Sequence record: NZ_CP044066.1
Reading direction: 5' to 3' (one strand)
Source: a plasmid
DNA: 64,000 nucleotides
Within the stretch, counting starts at the first letter, position 1; the number at the start of each line of letters is the position of its first letter. Of the stretch, positions 29,761 through 39,549 are shown piece by piece. Under the pieces are notes generated by a model. That model was given only the letters and a program-made list of their open reading frames with translations. It was not told the origin of the DNA and ran no database searches. The translations under genes were made by a program, and so were the position numbers.

Positions 29761-30121
29761 TCCAACGATCACGAACGCGGCCTCGGAACGTGGTCCCGGA
29801 AGCGGCCCTGACTGTCCGAATCAAGAAGACTTTCGATACTCTCGTCCTTCTTGGACTCTCGAAGCGATGCCAGCGGACCCCAGTTGACATCACCGGATCG
29901 ACACTGGCGCCGCGCGTTGCGCTATGGCCGATCTGCCCCCAAGAACGGACAGAATAAGGGGAACGCTGACAGGCCGGAAAGGGTCGGAAGCGGCCATCCC
30001 GGGTAAAGACAAGGTCCTCATTTCGAGCATCGAACAAGTGCCGCATCGGTAACCCAAAGCTCAGTGGTCCGCCCCAACGCGCCACCTAGTCAACGAGCGG
30101 CAATCGCAATTGCTGTCTCAT

Positions 30122-30148
30122 AAAAAAAGCCCCTCGCAAGGAGGGGCT
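30122..30148 (-). terminator. Rho-independent terminator
   Basis: Minus orientation: AGCCCCUCCUUGCGAGGGGCU followed by UUUUUUU. Confidence 0.5.
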
Positions 30149-30267
30149 GGTAGGAACGGGTCCATCTGAGAGAGCCTGTAGCGGTGTCGTGCTACAGAGA
30201 TCATCTTATCGTCAGACCCCCGCCCCGCAGGAGGCGAAAGCTCGCCAATTTCGGGGGTGTTTTGCGG

Positions 30268-31158
30268 TTAGAACAGCGCGAGCTGGTCGTCAGGCACAAG
30301 GACGCGCAGTGCCGCTGCGGGAATGGGAGCTTCGTCAGCGCGCAACGACACGTCGGCCGTACGGTCGGCGCCCTCCGTCTCGTCTACGCGCTTCTGGCTC
30401 TGGAGCAGCTCCCGCATGGCCTCGGCCAGCCGGCGAAACCTGAGCTTTTCTCCCCAGCCGCCCACAACATGCGCGGGCGTGAACCACGTGGACCACGCCT
30501 CGACAGACAACGCATTGCCGTGAACGACGATGGCGGGAATGTGCAGCAGGGACAGCTGGACATAAGTCATGTGCACGCACCGCGGATCGATATCGATGCA
30601 CGTGGCGTGCATCGTCAGCTGGTAGTTGTGGCCGGCATCGTGCAGCGCATCGGCACAGGCAATCGCCATGCCGCCTGCGCCGCAGGCTGGTTCGCTGAGC
30701 GTCACGAACCCATCACGCTGGATGAACGGAGCACCATCGCCGATGTTCATCCGTGCCATGAGCCGCGAGACGCTGTACGGTGTAAAAAACTGCCCTGCCT
30801 TGTCGTTTCCGAGCTCGAGCATCATGTACGTCTGGCCAAGGACATCGGCCAGGCCGTCACCGTTCGGTACCCATCCCTGCACCAAATCCTCGAACGTCTG
30901 CACGAGCGCCCCGAACATCTGGGGAAAGCGCTCGCGGTCCGCGCGCTCGTACCGCTTGATGATCTCTTCGTACCGCTTCTCGCGAGCCTCGGCTTGGTGG
31001 CGATCAACGGTGTTGCTGATGGACAGGGATGCGATCTCCACGAAATCGGAGAACACCTCGTGGACCGGGTATCGGGGGCCGAACTGCTTGAAGTGCGAGA
31101 GCAAGGCCTTGTGAGGCTCGCTCGCGGTGCCTTCGAACTTTCGTTTCGCGGCGCGGCT
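30268..31158 (-). CDS. SAM-dependent N6-adenine DNA methyltransferase-like protein (orphan)
   Basis: Motif I-like EPACGAGGM. Start ambiguous between the ATG at 31158 (MSRAAKRKFEG) and the GTG at 31266. Confidence 0.55.
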   Translation of the reverse strand, partial: SRAAKRKFEGTASEPHKALLSHFKQFGPRYPVHEVFSDFVEIASLSISNTVDRHQAEAREKRYEEIIKRYERADRERFPQMFGALVQTFEDLVQGWVPNGDGLADVLGQTYMMLELGNDKAGQFFTPYSVSRLMARMNIGDGAPFIQRDGFVTLSEPACGAGGMAIACADALHDAGHNYQLTMHATCIDIDPRCVHMTYVQLSLLHIPAIVVHGNALSVEAWSTWFTPAHVVGGWGEKLRFRRLAEAMRELLQSQKRVDETEGADRTADVSLRADEAPIPAAALRVLVPDDQLALF

Positions 31159-31299
31159 CATTTCGCCCACCCACGCAGAAACGGGTACGCTGCGGTGCCG
31201 GGGCAAGCCATCGGCGGATGTGTGTGGGGCATTTCGATCAGCTTTTTGGCCGGAGAAACGCCCCACCGGGACGTATCCCGGCAGGGTTAAAGAATTGGT

Positions 31300-31779
31300 T
31301 CAGTGCAGACGGTAAGCCGTCGTGACAGGCGTGAACCCCATGGCCCACCATTGGGCGATGGGATGGTTGGGAAACTGCGGGATCTGCCCGCTCCGGAACA
31401 CGTCCGGTACGAAGGCGAGTGCTTCGGGACGGACCATCACGGTCGCCCGCCATTTCGCCTGAAGCTCGAGCCAGGTGAGTTCGGCGCGCGCGATGTGGTC
31501 CCACTGCATCGGAAGCATTGCCTCGTCGAAGCGCTTCGCGCCCTCGGCCGTCATGACGGCCACCACTTCGTGGTAGCGCCCGAGTTCATGCGGAAAGCCG
31601 CAACGAACAAATCGGAGTTCCGCCGGATCGGGATTACCGAAGATTCGCTGCAACTGCCGGATGTACACGGCACACTCGCGCCGCGATCGTTCGCTGTAGT
31701 CGTCGTGGCCCACCTGCGCGCACGGCTCTTCCGCGGGCACGGGGCCGACTTCGATGCGGGTAGTTCTGGGGTAAGACAT
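31300..31779 (-). CDS. hypothetical protein (paralog A, ~160 aa)
   Basis: Shares ELRFVRCGFPHELGRYHEVVAV / EAMLPMQWDHIARAE blocks with the 32227..32742 product. Confidence 0.5.
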   Translation of the reverse strand: MSYPRTTRIEVGPVPAEEPCAQVGHDDYSERSRRECAVYIRQLQRIFGNPDPAELRFVRCGFPHELGRYHEVVAVMTAEGAKRFDEAMLPMQWDHIARAELTWLELQAKWRATVMVRPEALAFVPDVFRSGQIPQFPNHPIAQWWAMGFTPVTTAYRLH

Positions 31780-31878
31780 GTTGCGTTTCCTTTGTGGATA
31801 TGGGAAACGCCCCAACCGGGAGGTTTCCCGGTGAGGAGGAGCCGCGCGAGCCCGATGAAGGACTGCGCGCGGCGATGC

Positions 31879-32082
31879 TCAGGCCAGATGGCCAGAGAGA
31901 TGCGAGAACTTCGACAACACCCAGGCGGCGGCAACCACAAGGACGGCCGTTGCGAGAGAGGTCAGTTGGAAGTACAGCAGTGCGAGGCTCGCCGTCGTGA
32001 CGATGAAGAACAATGCGGCGAACAGGATCACGACCAACGCAACAACGGCGATGGCGGTCTCACGGGTCTCGATAACAGGCAT
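31879..32082 (-). CDS. small two-TM membrane protein (67 aa)
   Basis: MPVIETRETAIAVVALVVILFAALFFIV. SD occluded by AUGGCUCC aucuuucuuu GGAGCCAU. Confidence 0.4.
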   Translation of the reverse strand: MPVIETRETAIAVVALVVILFAALFFIVTTASLALLYFQLTSLATAVLVVAAAWVLSKFSHLSGHLA

Positions 32083-32168
32083 GATGGCTCCAAAGAAAGA
32101 TGGAGCCATGACCCATAGGGGACAAAGCCCCAATGGGTGGAAAAACAAGATGGCCGGTACGCCGGCGA

Positions 32169-32191
32169 GGTCGATGCGCAGTAGCGCGGAG
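32169..32191 (-). repeat. M1 motif copy 8 (variant GGTCGATGCGCagtaGCGCGGAG)
   Basis: About 90 nt upstream of the 32082 start. Confidence 0.45.
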
Positions 32192-32226
32192 AAGCAGGCA
32201 GATAGTAGCGTGCCCGCGCCGAGCTT

Positions 32227-32742
32227 TCAACTGCGTTTCGTTGCCAGGCGCGCGAGACGATTTGCCTCACGCAGCCGGTTGACCACTGCCCATCGCCGCT
32301 GGGCGACCTCCTCGGGGTTCTCGAGATTCGAGTAGTCCTGCGGCCCCATGAACGGCTCATATTCATCGGGAAGCTTGCCTGTCGCTGCGGCCGATTCGCG
32401 CAGCAGACGGGAAAGACCGTCCGTCGTTTCGCTGATGGCCACGTAGTCCCAGCGCTGGGGCACCGCGGCCTCCGAGAACCAGATCTCGCCCTCTCCCCGC
32501 CCGATCAGCGCGACCACGTCGTAGCGGCTCCCCTCTGCCGACGGGGTAGCTCGCACTTCGAAGCGCAACACATCCGGCCGCGGATGCCAGAACACGCGAT
32601 CGAGGTACCGCTTGAACGTGAACGCGTCCAGGCGCGCGATATCGGCGTACTGCGGCTGCCCGGCGGCAATGAACTCGGGCTCGCTCCTCGGGCGGGTGCC
32701 CAGAGAAACTTCACGGAACTGCGGCGTTGGAACGAACGACAT
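32227..32742 (-). CDS. hypothetical protein (paralog B, ~171 aa)
   Basis: Start MSFVPTPQFREV. Paralogous to the 31300..31779 product. Confidence 0.5.
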   Translation of the reverse strand: MSFVPTPQFREVSLGTRPRSEPEFIAAGQPQYADIARLDAFTFKRYLDRVFWHPRPDVLRFEVRATPSAEGSRYDVVALIGRGEGEIWFSEAAVPQRWDYVAISETTDGLSRLLRESAAATGKLPDEYEPFMGPQDYSNLENPEEVAQRRWAVVNRLREANRLARLATKRS

Positions 32743-32902
32743 GGCATCTCGGGGTAAAAAGCGCACGAAATTCTAAAGCTTTCCGGGCCAAATGCAGTCC
32801 CCACTAAAGCCAGAATGGTTGCAGGCGAACTACGCCCGTCAGTTGCCTCGACATTGCGCCGCCGCCGGTATCGTGGTCTCAGACACTCAATACACAGCCA
32901 CC

Positions 32903-33361
32903 ATGCGCTTTACCCGATTCCGATTCGAACGCTACGCTCCCATCCAACGCAATGCGCGCCGCGAGTCCGCCTTTGCCCGCAAGCAGACGCGCGAACGTGA
33001 ACGGTATCCGCTCTTTACCGACCATGTCGCCGCTGACCAGCACAGTGCTGACGACGAGTTCGCGCGCCGTCAGCGCCAGTCGGATCGCTTTGAGGCCACA
33101 CAGCGGGCGTTCCACGCACGTGTCTGGAGAGAGTCCCGTACCCGTTTCTTCTCGTTGCCGGAGCCGGTAAAGCAGCAGATTCGCGACAAGTGGCGCCTCT
33201 GGACTGGCCCCACGACCGCACTGTATTTCAGCTTCATGGTGGACGAACTCAGCGGTGACCAGGCGCGCCGCGTGGCCGAAGCCGCAGCACGGCAGCGTGA
33301 GTACATGGCACGCCGGTACGGCGATCTGGGAAACCAGCAACCACTGGAGCTGGCGCGATGA
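32903..33361 (+). CDS. hypothetical protein (~152 aa)
   Basis: Start MRFTRFRFERYAPIQ. Its stop overlaps the helicase start (ATGA). Confidence 0.45.
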   Translation: MRFTRFRFERYAPIQRNARRESAFARKQTRERERYPLFTDHVAADQHSADDEFARRQRQSDRFEATQRAFHARVWRESRTRFFSLPEPVKQQIRDKWRLWTGPTTALYFSFMVDELSGDQARRVAEAAARQREYMARRYGDLGNQQPLELAR

Positions 33362-34818
33362 AGCCGACTGTCGAGCAGCAGCAGGTCGTCGACACCGTGC
33401 GAGACGGGAGTACAGTCAAGGTCTTCGCCCGAGCCGGCGCCGGCAAGACATCGACGCTACGTATGAGCGCCGAGGCGCGCGGACGGGCGCGCGGCCTGCT
33501 TCTGGCCTTCAACACGGACATCGCCAAAGAGGCGGCGAGCAAGTTCCCACAGAATACCCGCTGCCGAACCTTCCACTCGTTTGCGTTCGGCGCTACCAGG
33601 CCGGAGATCACCCGCAAGCTAAGGAATCCCGTCGAGCCTCCGTATCAGCTGGCACTACGCTACGGCTTCGGAAAGCTGCGTCTCCCCACTACCATCGGCA
33701 AGGATCTGGAACTGGCCCCGGCCGCTGTCGCGCGACTGGTGATGGATGGCGTCGCCCGATTCTGTAGTTCCGCACAGGCGGAGCCGCAGGCGTGGCATAT
33801 CCCCGTCGCCTCGATCGTCAGGGAGAACGAGGCGCAGCATCTGCGCGAGTCGCTGCTACCGTCTGTCCAGAAGCTCTGGGCTGAATACATCGATCCCGCA
33901 TCCCCTTCCGCGATCTCCCATGGGGTGTACGTCAAACTCTGGGAGCGCAGCCGGCCGCGCATCGGCGCCGATTTCATCCTCTTCGACGAGGCGCAGGACG
34001 CCGACGGGCTGATGCTTTCAGTGCTCCGCGCGCAGCAGGCTCAGGTGATCTACGTGGGCGATCCGTACCAGCAGATCTACGAGTGGCGAGGGGCCGTCAA
34101 TGCGATGGACCATATCCGTGCGCCGGAATGCATCCTGACCGAATCCTTTCGCTTCGGCCCCGCCATTGCCCAGCTCGCGAGCCGCGTACTTCAGCTGATG
34201 GATGAGCATACCCCCGTGCGCGGCCAGGAACAGATCTCATCGCGCATCGTGCATGAGTCGGTGCCGGGCCAGGATAGATATGACGCGATCCTATGTCGCA
34301 AGAACGCCACGGTGCTTACCCATCTCGCGCAGGGTATCGGTAGAGGCGATCGGGTGGCGGTGCGCGCAAAAGTCGATGAACTGCGCGCCTTCGCAGACGG
34401 TGCCGAGAAACTGATGCAGGGGCAGCGCATCAGCTACCCCGCCACGCTGGCGCTCTTCGAGACATGGGACGAGGTGCAGGAGTACGCCGATTCGTTCGCC
34501 GGCCGCGACCTAAAGCCGCTGGTGAAGCTGATCGACGACGAAGGCGTGGACTACCTCCGACTGATCCTCACGCGCGTGTCGCCCGAAGACGAGGCCGACT
34601 ACATCGTATCCACCGTTCACCGCGCCAAGGGCCTCGAATGGGATCGCGTGCAGCTGGCAGGCGACTTCAAATTCAAGCACGGCGAAGACGGCAAGATGAC
34701 CATGGCGGCCGAGGAAATGCGGCTGCTCTATGTGGCCATGACGCGCGCCAGGCATTTGCTGGATGTCAGCGAGATTCGCCGCGACCTCTACACGATGTTC
34801 CGGGACGCCGGAGTCTAG
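33358..34818 (+). CDS. UvrD/Rep-family (SF1) DNA helicase, short form
   Basis: Walker A ARAGAGKTST. Motif II FDEAQD. C-terminal YVAMTRARHLL. Confidence 0.65.
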   Translation: MKPTVEQQQVVDTVRDGSTVKVFARAGAGKTSTLRMSAEARGRARGLLLAFNTDIAKEAASKFPQNTRCRTFHSFAFGATRPEITRKLRNPVEPPYQLALRYGFGKLRLPTTIGKDLELAPAAVARLVMDGVARFCSSAQAEPQAWHIPVASIVRENEAQHLRESLLPSVQKLWAEYIDPASPSAISHGVYVKLWERSRPRIGADFILFDEAQDADGLMLSVLRAQQAQVIYVGDPYQQIYEWRGAVNAMDHIRAPECILTESFRFGPAIAQLASRVLQLMDEHTPVRGQEQISSRIVHESVPGQDRYDAILCRKNATVLTHLAQGIGRGDRVAVRAKVDELRAFADGAEKLMQGQRISYPATLALFETWDEVQEYADSFAGRDLKPLVKLIDDEGVDYLRLILTRVSPEDEADYIVSTVHRAKGLEWDRVQLAGDFKFKHGEDGKMTMAAEEMRLLYVAMTRARHLLDVSEIRRDLYTMFRDAGV

Positions 34819-34828
34819 GAGAACAGAC

Positions 34829-36056
34829 CATGATCACTGTGCGCATAGGCGGCACCGAGTTCCCGCTCGACGACGTGCTAGACGACCCGGGCCGCTATGC
34901 CCGCCAGCTCGAGCGGGCGAAGACGGTCCAGGGCTTTGCCGAGTGCGGCTGCACCACCGCCCGTCCCCGCCCCAAACTGGTCATCCGGCGCCACCGCGAG
35001 ATTTTTCTGCTCGCGCGCTGGCCGGAACAGGCGCACCATCACGGCGTGGCCTGTCCCTTCCACCGGCAGGCGCACGCCAGCGGCGGCACTGCGGACAGTC
35101 TCGATGCGTTTCGCATCCGCGACGGTCATCACGACATCCGGCTTGATGCGACCTTGTCCGCATCCACCCATACGCCGACCAAGACCGTGCAACGCACGCC
35201 CCATGGGCAAAGCGCGAAGCCGCAGCGCCGTTCGGCGGGCCTGCTGGCGCTGCTCGAGTACGCATGGGAGCAGGCAGGCCTCAACGTCTGGCCCGGTACC
35301 GGCTCGCGCGGCTGGAGCGCCTGCTGGTCACAACTGACGACGGAACTCGCCGACTGCCGCATTAACGGCAAGGCGGCAGCGGACCTGCTGCACGTGATGG
35401 AGCGCTGGGACCCGGCACGCAAGGCGGAAATCCTCGGTGCCTTTGAGGCGTGGCAGGCCCGCCTTGCCCCGACAGCGGTCGGCAAGCCTCGGGGCATCCT
35501 GATTGGCGAGCTCAAGTCTCATGGCGAGAGCAAGTATGGCGGCAAGCTGGTGCTACACCAGAACACCCAGGCGCACTTCATGTCGGCGGAGCTCTACGCA
35601 CGCCTGCAAGCCTCGTTTGGTAGTGCCCTCGCTGCGACCGAGAAGGCAGAACAGCGGTGCATCGTCGTGATGCTGGTCGAGAAATCGCGATCGAACTACC
35701 TGACCGTGGTCGATATCGCCGCGATGCTGGCCAGCCGCCAGTTTCTGCCCTGCGATTCTTCGCACGAGGTGACCATGGCCGATCATCTCGTCAGCCGCGG
35801 GCGCGCCTTCCGCAAGCCCCTGCGCCACATCGGCCGCGCGGCCGTGCACCCGGACTTTGTGCTCACCGATGTCAACCCGGAGGTCGTCATCGAAGTGCTG
35901 GGTATGACGGGCAGCCCCGAGTACGACGCACGAATGGCGGCCAAGCGCCAGCACTACCGCGAGCACGGTATCCCATGCATCGAGTGGGATGCTGTGAATA
36001 CCGCGATCAACGGCCTCGAACTTGGCGTGGGCGGCAGGACACCGAATGCAGGCTGA
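34829..36056 (+). CDS. DUF1173-like protein (possible PD-(D/E)xK-type C-terminal domain)
   Basis: Start MITVRIGGTEF. C-terminal HPDFVLTDVNPEVVIEVLG. A family commonly found next to helicases in ICEs. Confidence 0.5.
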
Positions 36057-36375
36057 TGTGTTGTTCCAGAAAGCACTCGAGCTCGTCCACCAGCATCGCG
36101 CGGCCTCTGCGGCGCTGCTGCACCGGCACCTTGGCATTGACCCTGCGTCGGCCGAGATGCTGCTCGAGCGCATGGCGAGCGAAACAACCGCCGTCCGCCG
36201 TATGCCCAATGGCCTGTACCTCTACATCCACGGAGCGATTGGCGAAGAACTGGCCGCGCTGCACGGCTTCGCGCAGGTTGTACTGAAGGCGCTTGCGCAG
36301 GACAGGGTCGATGCTGGCCAGCTACGAGCGGCGGCCGTTCACTTTGGGCTGGCGAAGACGCTCACGAGCCCGTAG
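36046..36375 (+). CDS. hypothetical protein (~109 aa)
   Basis: ATG overlapping the upstream stop (ATGCAGGCTGATG). Confidence 0.4.
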   Translation: MQADVLFQKALELVHQHRAASAALLHRHLGIDPASAEMLLERMASETTAVRRMPNGLYLYIHGAIGEELAALHGFAQVVLKALAQDRVDAGQLRAAAVHFGLAKTLTSP

Positions 36376-36383
36376 ACACGAGG

Positions 36384-36420
36384 ACGACTTGACATTGTTG
36401 CCCTGTCGATAGGCTGAGAA
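36384..36420 (+). promoter_or_regulatory. sigma70-type promoter, ACGACTTGACATTG family copy 1
   Basis: ACGACTTGACATTG, a 15-nt spacer and then TAGGCT. About 45 nt before the ATG at 36443. Confidence 0.5.
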
Positions 36421-36442
36421 GGTCCAACACTTCTCCGTCGCC

Positions 36443-37594
36443 ATGCACCTGCCCCCTCCTCCGTTGCTCCCGCCGCGCTCCGCGCCGGCCCCTAACGTCC
36501 AGCATGCCCTCGATCGCATGGACGCGCTGATCGACCCGGCATGCGGTCTGCTGACCAACCCCGCAAACTCCGCAACCGCGCAGGCCAGCCGCCGCGACAT
36601 GGCACTCATTCGTGCTGCATGCACGTCCGCCGCCCTTCCACCGCCCGGGCCCTCTCCAGTCTCCGGACACTGGCGAAGTGGCAATGGCGTGATCTCATGC
36701 GGAACGCTGCGCATCTTCAGCGAGAACTTCGACACGAACCCAGCCGACCACATCAAGGCCGGCATCGTGCAATGGGTCTGCAACACGCTGAATGCCGCGC
36801 AACCGTCGCGCGCGCTCGCCGTGCAGCGGGACTGCGGGCCGGAATCCATCTATTCCCCGCCCCTCCATCTCGTGAACCACCTGGCCGCGCTGATCGCCGC
36901 GGATCTGCTGGGGCAGGCAACGGACGATGACCGGCTGCTGGTATCTATCCGTCTGGTCGAACTGCTCGTGCGCGCGAACACGCACCCGCGCTGTCCGCCG
37001 CCGCCGGACGAGGCCCGAGGCGGCCGAGCGCGAGCACCTAGGCTGCGCGAACTGCGGCACCGGCATTTACCACGCGCTCACAAATCCGCCCGCCACGAGC
37101 TAACGATGCCCAAGGACGATCGCTACTTTGGCAAGACCATCGACGAGCACTACGACGCCGGTAGCTGCTGGTTGTGCGGAAAATCCGTCGAGTACTCCCT
37201 GGGCTATCACACGCCTACGGGTGCGCACTGGGATTGTGTATCCGCGCTTCGAAGTCAGTTGGAGGATCTCGCCACCGACCGCCGGACAGTTCCGTATCTG
37301 GCCCGCGCCAACGGCGGCCACTACATCCACACCGTCGATCCCAGGACTGCCAGGTCGCTATGCGGGCACACCCCCAAGGACACGGCGCGACGCATGCGCT
37401 CGCGCGGCCGATGGATCGAAGTCCGAGACGTGCCGCGCGGCTACCGACGTTGCCCGCACTGCGAGCGCCTGGCCTCGGCCAATGGCGCCGTTGAGTATGA
37501 ATCGGCCGACGCCACCAGTCGGCATGACGTCAAGAACACCGAAACCGACCGCGACACCCGCACGCGAGATTTATTCGAGGAAGAATCGCCATGA
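36443..37594 (+). CDS. hypothetical protein with C-terminal Cys-rich zinc-finger-like region (383 aa)
   Basis: CWLCGKS...HWDC...CGH...CPHC. Confidence 0.5.
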   Translation: MHLPPPPLLPPRSAPAPNVQHALDRMDALIDPACGLLTNPANSATAQASRRDMALIRAACTSAALPPPGPSPVSGHWRSGNGVISCGTLRIFSENFDTNPADHIKAGIVQWVCNTLNAAQPSRALAVQRDCGPESIYSPPLHLVNHLAALIAADLLGQATDDDRLLVSIRLVELLVRANTHPRCPPPPDEARGGRARAPRLRELRHRHLPRAHKSARHELTMPKDDRYFGKTIDEHYDAGSCWLCGKSVEYSLGYHTPTGAHWDCVSALRSQLEDLATDRRTVPYLARANGGHYIHTVDPRTARSLCGHTPKDTARRMRSRGRWIEVRDVPRGYRRCPHCERLASANGAVEYESADATSRHDVKNTETDRDTRTRDLFEEESP

Positions 37595-38697
37595 GTGAAA
37601 ACAGCGCCATCGAGTGGACAGACCACACGTTTAACGCTTGGGAAAAAGGCTGCCAGAAGGTCGGCCCCGGCTGCGATCACTGCTACGCCGAGACGCACAA
37701 CGCGCGATTCGCTGGCGGTCACGCCGTGAACTGGGGACCGGGTGCGCCACGCCGACGCACCTCCCCTTCGAACTGGCGGAAGATGATCCGCTGGAACGCC
37801 GCGCACGCAGCCTTCGCCGCAGTGCACGGACGGCGACAGCGAGTCTTTTGTGCCAGCATGTCGGATGTCTTCGACAACGAAGTGCCGATCGAATGGTTCG
37901 TCGACATGCTCGACGTCTGGCGTGTAACGCCGAATCTCGACAAGCTGGTATTGACGAAGCGAATCGGCAACGCCACGAGGCGGCTGGCGGAAGCCTTCGA
38001 CGCCCTGATGATGCGCAACGACTGGGCGGACAACCCCCTTGTCCCGTGGCTGGCCACGTGGATCGCCGGGAACGCCCCTGCCGATATCTGGTTGGGAGCA
38101 ACGGTCGTGAACCAGGCCGAAGCTGACCGCGACATCCCGAAACTGCTTCGGGTCCCAGCGAAGATCCGCTTCCTCTCCATTGAGCCGCAGCTCGGCCATA
38201 TCGAGGTGTTCTCGACGCTCACGGGCGAGCTCCTCCACACATCCGGCAACAAATACGATCCGGGGGCAATCGACTGGATCATCGCCGGCGGCGAAAGCGG
38301 TCCGGGTGCGCGATTCACGCATCCGGCCTGGCCACGCTCGCTGCGCGACCAGTGCGCCGCGGCCCATGTGCCGTTTCTGTTTAAGCAATGGGGACGCTGG
38401 CACACTGCATTCGTAGATATCGGCACCGGTATATCCGTGTACCGCGAGTTCACCAGCTTCCAGCAATGGGTGAACAAGGCCGACACGTGGGTGGCAGGCG
38501 GCATCTGTATCGACCGGCATGGAAGGCAACTCGAACGCGGCGAGGATTTTATGCGCGCCCGCGATGAAACCGCCTTCCCGGTCACCGTGCTCCATGACGT
38601 TGGCAAGAAGGCCGCAGGGCGGCTCCTTGATGGCGTGCTGCACGACGCGTTTCCCGTGACGGCTTTGGCCTTCCGACGGGCAACCGAACCGAAGTGA
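37591..38697 (+). CDS. phage Gp37/Gp68-family (PF07505-type) protein
   Basis: N-terminus MSENSAIEWTDHTFNAWEKGCQKVGPGCDHCYAE, typical of this family. Confidence 0.6.
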   Translation: MSENSAIEWTDHTFNAWEKGCQKVGPGCDHCYAETHNARFAGGHAVNWGPGAPRRRTSPSNWRKMIRWNAAHAAFAAVHGRRQRVFCASMSDVFDNEVPIEWFVDMLDVWRVTPNLDKLVLTKRIGNATRRLAEAFDALMMRNDWADNPLVPWLATWIAGNAPADIWLGATVVNQAEADRDIPKLLRVPAKIRFLSIEPQLGHIEVFSTLTGELLHTSGNKYDPGAIDWIIAGGESGPGARFTHPAWPRSLRDQCAAAHVPFLFKQWGRWHTAFVDIGTGISVYREFTSFQQWVNKADTWVAGGICIDRHGRQLERGEDFMRARDETAFPVTVLHDVGKKAAGRLLDGVLHDAFPVTALAFRRATEPK

Positions 38698-38699
38698 CA

Positions 38700-38915
38700 A
38701 TGGCCCAGTACGACGACAACGAGCGCGAATACCCCGAGCCCGAGACGATCCTTGCCATCCGTGGAGCAATCAACACAGGACTACATGGTGGCCCCATGGG
38801 CCCGCCCGGACACTGGCTGAACGAATTCTGGCGAATTGGCGCAGCGCTGCGAGACCATACGGCCATGTTGCATGGTCAATTGGACACGGGACCTAGCGCG
38901 GGCGGTGACTGCTGA
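38700..38915 (+). CDS. small hypothetical protein (~71 aa)
   Basis: Short ORF immediately after the upstream stop. Weak support. Confidence 0.3.
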   Translation: MAQYDDNEREYPEPETILAIRGAINTGLHGGPMGPPGHWLNEFWRIGAALRDHTAMLHGQLDTGPSAGGDC

Positions 38916-39275
38916 CGTTTAGGTCTTGCTCGGCGGCCGACGGACCGCTCCCACGGCCGTCGGTAGTTTCGCGTTAGCCGGCGCGGCGCTCGTATTCGTT
39001 TCAGGGAATGCTGCGGCGTTCACACCTTACCGGAGAACACTGTCAGAGCCGTCGGAGGGGTCCCGCGCCGCGTCGGTGCATGGACGGGCGCTGCGGGGTT
39101 TCGATTAGCAAGTGCTTCATACACTCCGTAGCGAGCTGGAGAGGGAGCATTTCTGAGTCAGCCGACAGCATGACTGGATGGAGGTGCTTGGGAAGCCTCG
39201 ACCCTAACCTGCGGCTGGCCTATTGCTGATGCTTTTGACGCAGTCCGTGGCGCCATTGCCTCGGCGCAAATGATC

Positions 39276-39322
39276 GTTTCAGTAACGGTCACGATGGGCT
39301 ATACTTCACCGTTACTGAAACA
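39276..39322. promoter_or_regulatory. perfect 14-bp inverted repeat operator/promoter of the TA module
   Basis: GTTTCAGTAACGGT-N19-ACCGTTACTGAAAC. The spacer contains TATACT. SD AAGGAG lies 7 nt before the ATG at 39337. Confidence 0.6.
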
Positions 39323-39336
39323 AAAAGGAGCGAACG

Positions 39337-39549
39337 ATGGCACGAGACGTTGCGTTACGTGTCCGGGAACACCGAGCCGCCAAGATCGCCAAGGGGCTCA
39401 AGATGCATCAAATCTGGTTGCCAGATACCACTGCGCCGGGCTTCGCTGACATGTGCCGACGGGCCGTGGAGGGCCTGAAGAACGCACCTGAGCAGCAGGA
39501 AGCCCAAGAGGACATTTACGCTCTCTTTGACATGGGCGACGACGAATGA
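39337..39549 (+). CDS. type II antitoxin (PemI/MazE-like partner of the downstream toxin)
   Basis: 70-aa acidic-tailed ORF whose stop overlaps the toxin ATG. Confidence 0.55.
   Translation: MARDVALRVREHRAAKIAKGLKMHQIWLPDTTAPGFADMCRRAVEGLKNAPEQQEAQEDIYALFDMGDDE

Noticed and set aside
1566-32137. GC-rich hairpins as intrinsic terminators of upstream genes
   Set aside because: They are not followed by U-tracts in the transcribed orientation and recur at a fixed position relative to start codons. The true terminators, with U-tracts, are listed separately.
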